Assembly (NCBI GenBank): GCA_002269645.1
Contig: NIVC01004869.1
Coordinates: 1-32,807 of the forward strand
Origin: Macrostomum lignano
Taxonomy: Eukaryota
Length of the DNA: 32,807 bases
Reading direction: 5' to 3'
Below the pieces are notes generated by a model. It searched no databases and was not told where the DNA came from. It saw only the letters and a list, made by a program, of their open reading frames with translations. Of this stretch, positions 19,896-30,468 are shown in pieces; position 1 is the first letter of the stretch, and every line of letters begins with the position of its first letter. The position numbers and the translations under genes were made by a program.

Positions 19896-21995
19896 CCTAC
19901 AATACCGTGGGAATAAGCACTGCCTATTAGGCAATTAGTTTAGCTAAATTCAAAAGAAAAATAATGTTGCAAATGAAGCTACACTAGTACCATTATTTAA
20001 TGGTACTAATTAATATCAATTAATTATTTCATTTTATCATTTATGCCTGTGCCACTGCCAGACTTATACCAAGCGTAGGTTAGGCTATTCTAAGTATAAT
20101 GGACTATGGGAGGTAGCATGGACAGTTATCTTGTATATGATATTTTGTTTTAAAAAATATGAAAAAATTTGTTATAAATAGAAACCAGCTATAAGACAAA
20201 GCCAAATAAAGTATGTCTTTTCTGTTCTGATTTAGTCTGAGCAATATTTAAGTGGTCTCCAAATTATTCAACATTGGAAACAAAACTGATAATCAGCTTT
20301 AAGGCTAAGTATTTGCTCTCATGTTAGCCTACTTATTTTGAGTAGTAGATAGTGACATAGGAATAGCCCCAAGGTTGGGAGAATTTTAGTGTTCCACTAT
20401 AAGGAGGGTCCATGTACCATAGCTATCTATAGCTATAAGCAAAACTATGGCTTATTCCAATTCTCCATATTCCATAGCCAAAGAGACTCCAATATTACTA
20501 TATTCCCATAGTAGCCATAGCCATAATTTTCACAAAGTCTAGGAAACAAAATATTTTGAACCAGAAAGATAACCTAGTAGTTAAACAATTGCAAATTAAG
20601 ATAGAAAACAAAGAAAACACTTGATTGCCTTTGTAAGATTATATTTCATATTTTTACAAAGAGGAACAATACTTAATCACTACTGAAAGTATTACTGCTA
20701 AACTTTTTCACATTATTAAAAGTTAGTGTTTGCTAATATTTTATTGTACTTTATTAGGTACGAGCTATAAGTTAAGTTTCTAAGTCTATATATAATTTAT
20801 AGTTTACCAAAGTATCTTTTTTACTTAACCTGTTTCTAATATTTTTTTAAATTAATAACTATGGCTATAGGAATCTACAAAATATGATAGCAACTACCAT
20901 ATTTCCATAGTTGTAGCTGTAAGAGCAGCTATCTACTGTAGGCATATCTGTAGTTGTTGTAGGCACCTATTTTACCATATTTGCCATAGGATCCCATAGC
21001 CATAGCCATAACTATGGCAAAATACTAGAGAATTTTCTCCATTCTTAGAGAACAAGACTTTTAGATTTAGAATCTATAATATCACCTTAGAAGGCAGAAT
21101 ATCCACCCAAGGATAAGACCTCTAGACCTAGGGCAATAAATCTACCACTGTTAGATGTAACCCTCTGATCTCTCCAGTAATGAAGTGAAGAATAAAACAT
21201 AGTTTTAAGCCATAATACATAGGATAAGATAAAGTACAAGTGCCATAAGACCACTTAGGCCAAAAGTACATTTTTGCTACCGAATTTATATAATATGCTA
21301 CTAGTAAATAGTATAATAGTATAGATAAAGAGGAGAACAAAAAGCCAATATAATAGCTTGATGGCATTAGTGAAATTTCATTAAATAGAAAAAATACCCC
21401 TGTTACAATTTATAAGTACAAGACATATCAAAACATTAAAAACCAAAAGTTGTTGCATTATTGCACACTAAATTATAGAATTTAAATTCTATGTTTTATC
21501 AAATACAATTAAGTTACATGGGACTTGTAATGGCACTCCAGAAAATCATGTGTAGTTGTTTTTATGCCAGGCATTTATGCAAAAGCTAATATTTCTCTAG
21601 ACTTATGCTGGATATTTCTGGTAGCTTGTATATAATGAAACAGACTAATGGATATGCTTATACTTCTAATTTTATTAGTTGTCAGTTATCAATTTTTATA
21701 GTTCCACTATAGCTATAGTTATGGCTATTGGATTATTGGAAGTTATAAATACAGAGATGTTTTTAAAGAATACAGGTATGGTAATATATATTTCTAATAT
21801 CTATTTCCCATAGGCCTATCTAGTAATACCACTCGAATGAGACTTGAAAGACCATTGGAGCTATTGGTTTGATAGGATAAGGATGAATAAGTATTCAGAG
21901 TGTCAAAATGAGGAGAGATCCTCTTCCTTCTACCCTCCACTCCTCTTTAATCTCCTCTCTACCTGACTGGTTCTATCTAAAGAGACACTTAATGG

Positions 21996-22928
21996 ATGTC
22001 AAATCGATTTGCAAATAAATGTATCGAAGCGTCTGTCAGAAGATTGTTCACAATAATTTACACTAAAAAACAATTTCAGAATTCGATTTCAAAATCGACT
22101 CGCTCTAGTCGAAGCCGATCGACTTTACGCAACAGCCATGGATTTGTCAGCTTAATTGATTCCGATTCAGATGACGAAGTAGATCCTTCGACACTTGAGC
22201 CGCAGCAAAGAATTGTCACGGTGCGTCCGAAGGCAGAAATTATTGATTTAACAGCAGCAACTGCAGTGCCAGAAGGTTCAGACGATTGCATTGTTATTAG
22301 TGACAATGAAAGCGACAATGACCTTGCCAATAATGCTGATGATGGTGAGGAAGCTGCTAGGAGAACAGCAGATTCCCTAGTTTGGATCGATCTGGACGCT
22401 AACGAACTTGAAAGCGACACAGATGACGATGACGACCTCATTGTAGTAGCGGCGACTCCGCCCGCGACTCGACAGATGAAACCGACATTGCCAGCCAAAC
22501 GGAAACTGCTGTATTGTCAGATTTGTAAATCGAACTTTTCGGATCCAATTCGAACTCATCAAGCATCGATTGCTCATCAGCTGGCTCTGATGCCTGATGA
22601 GGCAGCCGCTCCAGCCTCCGGTTCAGCAGCTGACAGAAAATTGTGCGTAGCCTCTGGTCCAGCTTATCGGATGATGCTTAAACAGGGCTGGACACCCGGC
22701 AGCGGACTGGGTCGACATGGCCAGGGCCGTTCTCAGCCCATAGCAACCGTTGTCAAGCGGGACCGACTCGGTCTGGGCATGGCCGCTCCGAAAAGGAAGA
22801 AAAAGCAGATTCCGCAAAGCAACAATAGTTCTGCCGCCGAGCCTGCAGGCTCCGGTTGCAAAGCTAATTTTGAGCGAGATTTTCGACGATATATGAACGA
22901 CCCAGATTCCACTGCCTGGTTCCAATAA
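21996..22928 (+). CDS. GPANK1: GPANK1-like G-patch protein (zinc-finger-like motif + G-patch + conserved C-terminal helix) without ankyrin repeats; acidic N-terminus
   Basis: 310-aa ORF. YCQICKSNFSDPIRTHQASIAHQL (CxxC...H...H), G-patch GPAYRMMLKQGWTPGSGLGRHGQGRSQPIATVVKRDRLGLG, and C-terminal FERDFRRYMN, all like GPANK1 as recalled (YCxxC..H..STAHL; GFKLLLRGGWEPGMGLG..GEGR..PI.TVLKRDQEGLG; WERDLRTYMN). The 5' end is uncertain (possible acceptor TTTCAG at about 22079). Confidence 0.85.
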   Translation: MSNRFANKCIEASVRRLFTIIYTKKQFQNSISKSTRSSRSRSTLRNSHGFVSLIDSDSDDEVDPSTLEPQQRIVTVRPKAEIIDLTAATAVPEGSDDCIVISDNESDNDLANNADDGEEAARRTADSLVWIDLDANELESDTDDDDDLIVVAATPPATRQMKPTLPAKRKLLYCQICKSNFSDPIRTHQASIAHQLALMPDEAAAPASGSAADRKLCVASGPAYRMMLKQGWTPGSGLGRHGQGRSQPIATVVKRDRLGLGMAAPKRKKKQIPQSNNSSAAEPAGSGCKANFERDFRRYMNDPDSTAWFQ

Positions 22929-23274
22929 TACAATGGTTCAACTACATTAGTCGTTCATTTTTTGCTTGTTATAATGTTATTGTATCTCAATTTTGTGCTA
23001 CAATCCTGTTACGATTGTTTATATGCTGGTTTAATATGTTTCAGTGTAACAAAAATATAAGACAAGAAAATCGTTTTTTATAATTATTAATCAGAATCTT
23101 TTATTAACTTTCTACACAATCTACTTGTTAGTAGTTTTGCATGGATTGTTTATTTAATTTTCTTACTAATCATTTTTCGATACATATCGGTATAGGCTTA
23201 TATTAACTTGTTTTAACAGTAGCGACAGTACAAGTAGGAAAGATTGGGAAACTTCTGTACGGGTCTTCCCGTTG

Positions 23275-24553
23275 CTATGACGACACTCCGCAATCTGCAA
23301 TAACCAGCAGTTTTGTGGGTCTTCCCGACGGGGTGCCCAGGTCTTCGGCTCGTTGCAGCACGTCCCAACCGGATGTTAGCTCGCCAAATACCACGTGACG
23401 ACCGTCCATCCACGGACAGGGGGCCAGCGTGATCAAAAACTGGGAGCTGTTCGTGTCGGGGCCTGAAAGTTGGGGCAGATCGATCGCTTTCGTTTCAGTG
23501 CTTCACGTCTCTTCTCACCCCTGTGTCTCCTATCTCGCTTCTGTGTCTCCCATCTCATCTCTTCCTTGTGTCTCTTATCTCATCACTTCCTTGTGTCTCT
23601 CATCTCATCTTTTCTCTGTGTCTCTTATCTCATCTCTTCCCTGTGTCTCCCATCTCATCTCTTCCCTGTGTCTCCTATCCTCTTCCCTGTGTCTCTTATC
23701 TCATCTCTTCCCTGTGTCTCTCATCTCATTTCTTCCCTGCGTCTCTCATCTAATCTCTTCCCTGTGTGTCTTATCTCATCTTCCCTGTGTCTTCTATCTA
23801 ATCTCTTCCCTGTGTCTCCTATCTCATATCTTCCCACTGTCTCCCATCTCATCTCTTCCCTGTGTCTCTTATCTCATCTTCACCCTGTCTCCCATCTTAT
23901 CTCTTCCCTGCGTCTCATCTTATCTCTTCCCTGCGTCTCTCATCTCATCTCTTCCCTGTGTCTCTCATCTCATCTCTTCCCTGTGTCTCTTATCTTGCCC
24001 CGTGTCTCCTATATTTTCTTACCCCCGTGTCTCCCATCTTATCTCACCCTGTGTCTCCCATCTCATCCCACCCCTATGTCTCGCATCTCACCTCACCTGT
24101 CTCCTCTCTTTTCAACCCCGTCTCCAATCTCATCTCACACCGGTGTCCTCATCTCTTTTCATCCCTGTGACTCCCCTGTCTCTCCCTCTCTTCTCACTCT
24201 TGTGTCTCCAATCTCATCCCACAATGCTCACCGGAGTTGGCCATGCTCAAAAGGCCTCTCCTATCGTGCCTGCCAGTGAGATCCTCATCGGGGAAATACC
24301 TGCCATAGATAGACCAGCCGCCAGTGCCGTTGCCAGACTGGAAGTCGCCAGCTTGTATAGCAAAGCCGGGTATGCACCGGTGGACCCGGCTGCCCCTGTA
24401 GCCCGAACAGCCGTTCTCGTGTCCAACGCAGAGGCTGGCAAAGTTCCGGCAAGTCAGGGGGACTTTCGTAGCGAATAGGCGGAATTCGAGTCGGCCGAGA
24501 GGCACTGAGTTGGCTTCGAGCCTCAGATAGCAGCTGGTTGTGCTGGACTGCAT
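23275..24553 (-). CDS. Single-domain cyclophilin-type peptidyl-prolyl isomerase, 169 aa; exons 24553-24232 and 23462-23275
   Basis: Exon 1 carries [68 protein letters not shown]. Phase-1 intron gtgagc...tttcag. Exon 2 is [62 protein letters not shown]. Confidence 0.95.
23505..24215. repeat. Degenerate approx. 25-bp CT-rich minisatellite in the cyclophilin intron
   Basis: Repeated ATCTCATCTCTTCCCTGTGTCTC(C/T)(C/T). Confidence 0.9.
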
Positions 24554-24705
24554 TCTGTGTGGCTGAGGGTGCAGACAGTAAGTTTTTGTGCCTCAAAGCC
24601 TCAATGCTTCATCTATAGAGCTCCAGGCGTTTGTTAGGCCTTTATAAATGTCTTTTAAAGGCCACACAGTTATTTAGCGTTAAAACACAGTCTAGCTTCA
24701 CGAGA

Positions 24706-27115
24706 CAGCGTATTTAGCATGCCACAACACGTCTATTTAGCGCAACAACACAGTCTATTTAGCGCCACAACACAGTCTATTCAGCGCCACAACACAGTCT
24801 ATTTAGCGCAACAACACGTCTATTTAGCGCAACAACACAGTCTATTTAGCGCCACAACACAGTCTATTCAGCGCCACAACACAGTCTATTTAGCATGCCA
24901 CAACACAGTCTATTTAGCGCAACAACACAGTCTATTTAGCGCCACAACACAGTCTATTCAGCGCCACAACACAGTCTATTTAGCGCAACAACACGTCTAT
25001 TTAGCGCAACAACACAGTCTATTTAGCGCCACAACACGTCTATTTAGCGCAACAACACAGTCTATTTAGCGCCACAACACAGTCTATTCAGCGCCACAAC
25101 ACAGTCTATTTAGCGCAACAACACGTCTATTTAGCGCAACAACACAGTCTATTTAGCGCCACAACACGTCTATTTAGCGCAACAACACAGTCTATTTAGC
25201 GCCACAACACAGTCTATTTAGCATGCCACAACACAGTCTATTTAGCGCAACAACACAGTCTATTTAGCGCCACAACACGTCTATTTAGCGCAACAACACA
25301 GTCTATTTAGCGCCACAACACAGTCTATTTAGCGCCACAACACGTCTATTTAGCGCCACAACACGTCTATTTAGCGCCACAACACAGTCTATTTAGCGCC
25401 ACAACACAGTCTATTTAGCGCCACAACACGTCTATTTAGCGCCGCAACACGTCTATTTAGCGCAACAACACAGTCTATTTAGCGCCACAACACGTCTATT
25501 TAGCGCAACAACACAGTCTATTCAGCGCCACAACATAGTCTATTTAGCGCAACAACATAGTCTATTTAGCATGCCACAACACGTCTATTTAGCGCCACAA
25601 CACAGTCTATTTAGCGCCACAACACGTCTATTTAGCGCAACAACACAGTCTATTCAGCGCCACAACACAGTCTATTCAGCGCCACAACATAGTCTATTCA
25701 GCGCCACAACACAGTCTATTTAGCATGCCACAACACGTCTATTTAGCGCCACAACACAGTCTATTTAGCGCCACAACACAGTCTATTTAGCGCCACAACA
25801 CAGTCTATTTAGCGCCACAACACAGTCTATTTAGCGCCACAACACAGTCTATTCAGCGCAACAACACAGTCTATTCAGCGCCACAACATAGTCTATTCAG
25901 CGCCACAACACAGTCTATTCAGCGCCACAACACAGTCTATTCAGCGCCACAACATAGTCTATTTAGCGCAACAACACAGTCTATTTAGCGCCACAACACA
26001 GTCTATTCAGCGCCACAACACAGTCTATTTAGCGCAACAACACGTCTATTTAGCGCAACAACACGTCTATTTAGCGCAACAACACAGTCTATTTAGCGCC
26101 ACAACACAGTCTATTCAGCGCCACAACACAGTCTATTTAGCGCAACAACACAGTCTATTTAGCGCCACAACACAGTCTATTCAGCGCCACAACACGTCTA
26201 TTTAGCGCAACAACACAGTCTATTTAGCGCCACAACACAGTCTATTCAGCGCAACAACACAGTCTATTCAGCGCCACAACATAGTCTATTCAGCGCCACA
26301 ACACAGTCTATTCAGCGCCACAACACAGTCTATTCAGCGCCACAACATAGTCTATTTAGCGCAACAACACAGTCTATTTAGCGCCACAACACAGTCTATT
26401 CAGCGCCACAACACAGTCTATTTAGCGCAACAACACGTCTATTTAGCGCAACAACACGTCTATTTAGCGCAACAACACAGTCTATTTAGCGCCACAACAC
26501 AGTCTATTCAGCGCCACAACACAGTCTATTTAGCGCAACAACACAGTCTATTTAGCGCCACAACACAGTCTATTCAGCGCCACAACACGTCTATTTAGCG
26601 CAACAACACAGTCTATTTAGCGCCACAACACGTCTATTTAGCGCAACAACACAGTCTATTCAGCGCCACAACACGTCTATTTAGCGCAACAACACAGTCT
26701 ATTTAGCGCCACAACACAGTCTATTCAGCGCCACAACACAGTCTATTTAGCGCAACAACACAGTCTATTTAGCGCAACAACACAGTCTATTCAGCGCCAC
26801 AACATAGTCTATTTAGCGCAACAACACAGTCTATTTAGCGCCACAACACAGTCTATTCAGCGCCACAACACAGTCTATTTAGCGCAACAACACAGTCTAT
26901 TTAGCGCAACAACACAGTCTATTTAGCGCAACAACACAGTCTATTCAGCGCCACAACACAGTCTATTTAGCGCAACAACACAGTCTATTTAGCGCCACAA
27001 CACAGTCTATTTAGCGCCACAATACAGTCTATTCAGCGCCACAACACAGTCTATTTAGCGACTCAACACAGTCTATTCAGCATCTCAACACAGTCTATTC
27101 AGCGCCACAATACAC
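24706..27115 (+). repeat. 2.4-kb 21/22-bp satellite with higher-order structure
   Basis: About 110 copies of AGCGC(C/A)ACAACA(C/T)(A)GTCTATT(T/C). Degenerate edge units from about 24661. Confidence 0.97.
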
Positions 27116-27974
27116 TGTTATCGAATTAGCGCCAATGATCAGAACGAAACAATTCGTAAGCAATTCGAATTAATCTTACCTGAATAGATAATAATAAACT
27201 ATATAGTGCAGTTTGTACAGCATCTACTTAAACCTGTACTGGCCTCTTTAAGTCACTATATAGAAACTATTAAGCAAGGTTAATACGCTTGCAGCAAAGT
27301 GAAAGTCGATCCATGAGTGCAGAGAGCTTCAATAGGATTATCGGGAAATGTTTGATGAGGCGTTGACGCTGGCTGTTTGGCTGCAGGAGGAGCAGGGAAA
27401 CACGGGAAAGCTGGGGGTTGGAGCAAACATCGGTTGAGCTTCTCAGTCTGTACAACAGGCTTCCATGGCTTAACTATGTCTATAGTACGGGCTTTTTAGC
27501 TTCGGTTGTCATTGACAACGTATTTTCCATGCTTAAAGTATGCTGGGGCAAGGTAGACAAGAGCGGTGGAGGGAAGTTGCGACGGATTTATCGAATGGAT
27601 TGGGGAACAACTTGCATTACTGAATTGCATTGGGTTGTAGAGTTTTCATTTCAGCCCCGACAGACATTTTTTGAAGCAGAAAGCCAAGCTTGCTGTTTTA
27701 TCCATTGTCTGCGTGTCCTCAGCAATTACAAGGCGAATCGTTGAGGTTTTTGTGTGTTTTACAGCAGGCTGAATTCATTTTTATTGAAGAAAAACTATAC
27801 TTGAAATAGTAAGCATAATGCTTTATAACTGGCTGTAGGGGTTGTAGAGCATTCAGGACTCCGGCCTTTGGGTCACATGCGGCCCACAAAGCCTCTCTGA
27901 GTCTCTACCTGGGCCCCGGGTCCTTTGAAACTTTACAATAGCAACCCAGTCTGATTAAGATTTGTATCTTCTCA

Positions 27975-28297
27975 GCCTTCTCTTCTCTCCTCTCCTCTCT
28001 TCTCTCCTCCTCTCCTCTCTCTCATCCTCTCCTCTCCTTTCCTCTCCTTTCCTCTCCTCTCTCCTCTCTTCTCCGACATCTCAGAAACTCAACCTCATGG
28101 AGCCTTGACATCTCAGCAACTCAACCTCATTGAGCCCTCTCCTCTCCTCTCCTCATCTCTTCTCTCATCTCCTCTCCTCTTTCTTCTTTCCTTTCCTCTC
28201 ATCTCCTCTCATCTCCTCTCTTCTCTCATCTCCTCTCCTCTCTTCTCCTCTACTCTCTTCGCCTCTCCTCTCCTCTCCTCTCCTCTCTCCCATCCTC
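27975..28297. repeat. (CTCCT/CTCTC)n microsatellite interrupted by a 33-bp tandem duplication
   Basis: Pyrimidine tract. GACATCTCAG(A/C)AACTCAACCTCAT(G/T)GAGCC occurs twice at about 28075-28140. Confidence 0.9.
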
Positions 28298-28532
28298 TAG
28301 CCCGCAGTCATGCGCTGTTGTTGACTATACGCTCGTACGCGAGTATACGAAACATTTAATGCCTTCTCAGCCAAGATAAAGGAAGTTGCTGTCACCAAAT
28401 CTTGTACAACTAAACTCTCTTGTCTTATCTGATAAATGACAGGCACTGTATTTAATGTAGGCCAGCACAAGCCAACCTGCTCGCCTGCCTGACTAACGTT
28501 TTCAGGGCTGATTCAGAGCTGAGCTACAAAAA

Positions 28533-30468
28533 ATGTCTTCAAACTACACAGTGAACTGTCTGTTGGACTCTGTAGCCAAAACCTGCGGCGAAGGTCCCTT
28601 CTGGGAGCCGGTCACCAAAACTCTGTACTTTGTTAGCATCGCTGATGGTGAGGTTCACGTGTGGAGTGAGCCGAATAATTACCACAGCACCATCCAGGTG
28701 AGCGGAGCAGAGACCAGCCCAGCGTAAATTGCCTGGCTCTGCGTCGTTGTGGCGGACGATGTCCCCGAAGGCCTTGCACCAGGGTGTCCATACAGCCCTT
28801 CCTGAGAATATCTATTTCTTATTTTCCAGGTGGGTGAACAGCCTGGCAATTTCGTCAGCTTTGTCATCCCGTGCCAGAGTGGCGGCTTCCTAGCCGGAAT
28901 TAACAAGAGCATCGTGCACTGCGACTGGCAGGCTGGAGAGCTGAAACGTCGAGTGCTGCACGAAGTAGATCCTCAGGAGCCTATTAGGTGACTATTAACA
29001 CTTAGTTTAACTCAGAAACGTAAAATGCACATTCTATGTCCATAAACCAATCAATAAGTGACGAAATCGTTAGCGAATATACGCTTACTATTTTAATCAA
29101 ATTAATGCTCCGATAACGTCATCACAGTGCAGAGTCAAAAACTTCAGTATTTGCTGACGAAACTTCCGCAGGTTCAACGACGCCAAATGCGACCCGGCCG
29201 GACGCCTCCTGGCCGGCACGATGAGCCTGGAAAAAGAGGCTGGCTTAGTGATGAAGCCCGGTGCTGGCAGCCTGTTCGGCCTTGACCTGGACGGCTCCAT
29301 CAAGACGCTGGACACAGGATTCTCCCTTAGTAACGGCTTGGGCTGGCATGGCAACACGTTCTACTTCACCGACTCAGTCGCTCGAGTCATCTACGCCTAC
29401 GACTGGGACGCTGAGGCGTTCAGCATCTCGAATCGGCGAGTTGCCATCGACTTCTCGAAGCTGCCCGAGCAGGAGAAGCTCGGCGTGCCGGACGGTCTGG
29501 CTGTGGACGCAGATGGGCGGCTGTGGGTGGCCTGCTTCTTCGGCTCGCGGGTTCTGTGCCTGGACCCGCAGAGTGGCCAGGTGGTCAGCCAGATCCCCAT
29601 GCCTGTGCCCAACGTGACCTCCTGTTGCTTTGGGTCGGACGGAGAGCTGTTTGTGACCACCGCCAACCACTGGGGTGTGCGCGAGGGAGAGCAACCGCCT
29701 CCGCAGGTGGGTTAATTCGTGTATTTGCGGCTTTTGCGTCCCTTCATGTGTGTTATATTCGACGTGTCTTTCTTGAGGTGTCTATCGAGGTGTGTCATTT
29801 TTTAGTTGTGTCTGTGTCTGTGGAGGAGTGTCTTTGTCGATGAGTCTCTTTGTCGAGGAGTGTCTTTGTCGAGAAGTGTCTTTGTCGAGGAGTGTCTTTG
29901 TCGAGGAGTGTCTTTGTCAAGGAGTGTCTATGGAGGTTTTTTTTGTCGAGGAGTGTCTTTGTGGAGGAGTGTCTATGTCACGGTCACGGTGTCTATCAAG
30001 GAGTGTCTTTGTCACGGTGTCTATCAAGGAGTGTCTTTGTCATGGTGTCTATCAAGGAGTATCTTTGTCGCAGTGTCCATCGAGGAATGTCTATATCGAG
30101 ATGTGTGTTTGCCAAGGCTTGTCTTGTCGAGGAATGTCTTTGTCGAGGTGGATCTGTGTCGAGGAGTGTCTTTGTTACGGTGTATCTTTATCTAGGCGTG
30201 TCTTTGTAGAGGAGTGCCATTCTCTAGGTGTGTCTTTGTGTGTAAAATTAGGATTTAAAGGTTGTCTTAAAGGATTAAAAGGGTTAAACGAAATAATCTG
30301 AAGACACTACTAACTGACAAGTTGAGTACTGGCTGGTCGCATGTCAAACGTGAAGCTCCGCCGTCCCATCCGCAGGCCGGCAGCGTCTTCCGCGTCACCG
30401 GACTGGACCGAATTCGCGGAACGCCCAGCGTGATGTACAAAGGCAGCCTGCCCCTCATCAGCGATTAA
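28533..30468 (+). CDS. RGN: Regucalcin / SMP-30 / gluconolactonase family, copy 1, 316 aa; exons 28533-28697, 28830-28987, 29172-29706, 30376-30468
   Basis: In-frame joins (phases 0, 2, 0) at canonical GT-AG sites. Motifs GEGPFW, RFNDAKCDPAGRLLAGTM, LSNGLGW, FYFTDS, VPDGLAVDADGRLWVA, PNVTSCCFG, LFVTTA, AGSVFRVTGL. The metal ligands equivalent to E18, N103, N154 and D204 are present. Confidence 0.96.
29765..30242 (+). repeat. Degenerate 16-bp minisatellite in regucalcin intron 3
   Basis: Repeated GAGGAGTGTCTTTGTC and variants. Confidence 0.9.

Noticed and set aside
22076-22933. Minus-strand ORFs overlapping the G-patch gene
   Set aside because: Antisense shadows of a real CDS.
23429-24478. 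349-aa and 269-aa Ser/Leu/Pro-rich plus-strand ORFs
   Set aside because: Translation of the intronic CT minisatellite plus antisense cyclophilin exons.
27270-27744. Codon-like Pro-rich minus-strand stretch (DIVKPWKPVVQTEKLNRCLLQPPAFPCFPAPPAAKQP..) and a 108-aa plus-strand ORF
   Set aside because: The minus-strand reading needs a frameshift to gain a start. No motif recognised and no clear splice frame; could be a decayed exon but is unsupported.
29792-30301. Cys/Val/Ser-rich ORFs (EECLCRGVSLSRSVFV)
   Set aside because: Translation of the 16-bp repeat inside regucalcin intron 3.
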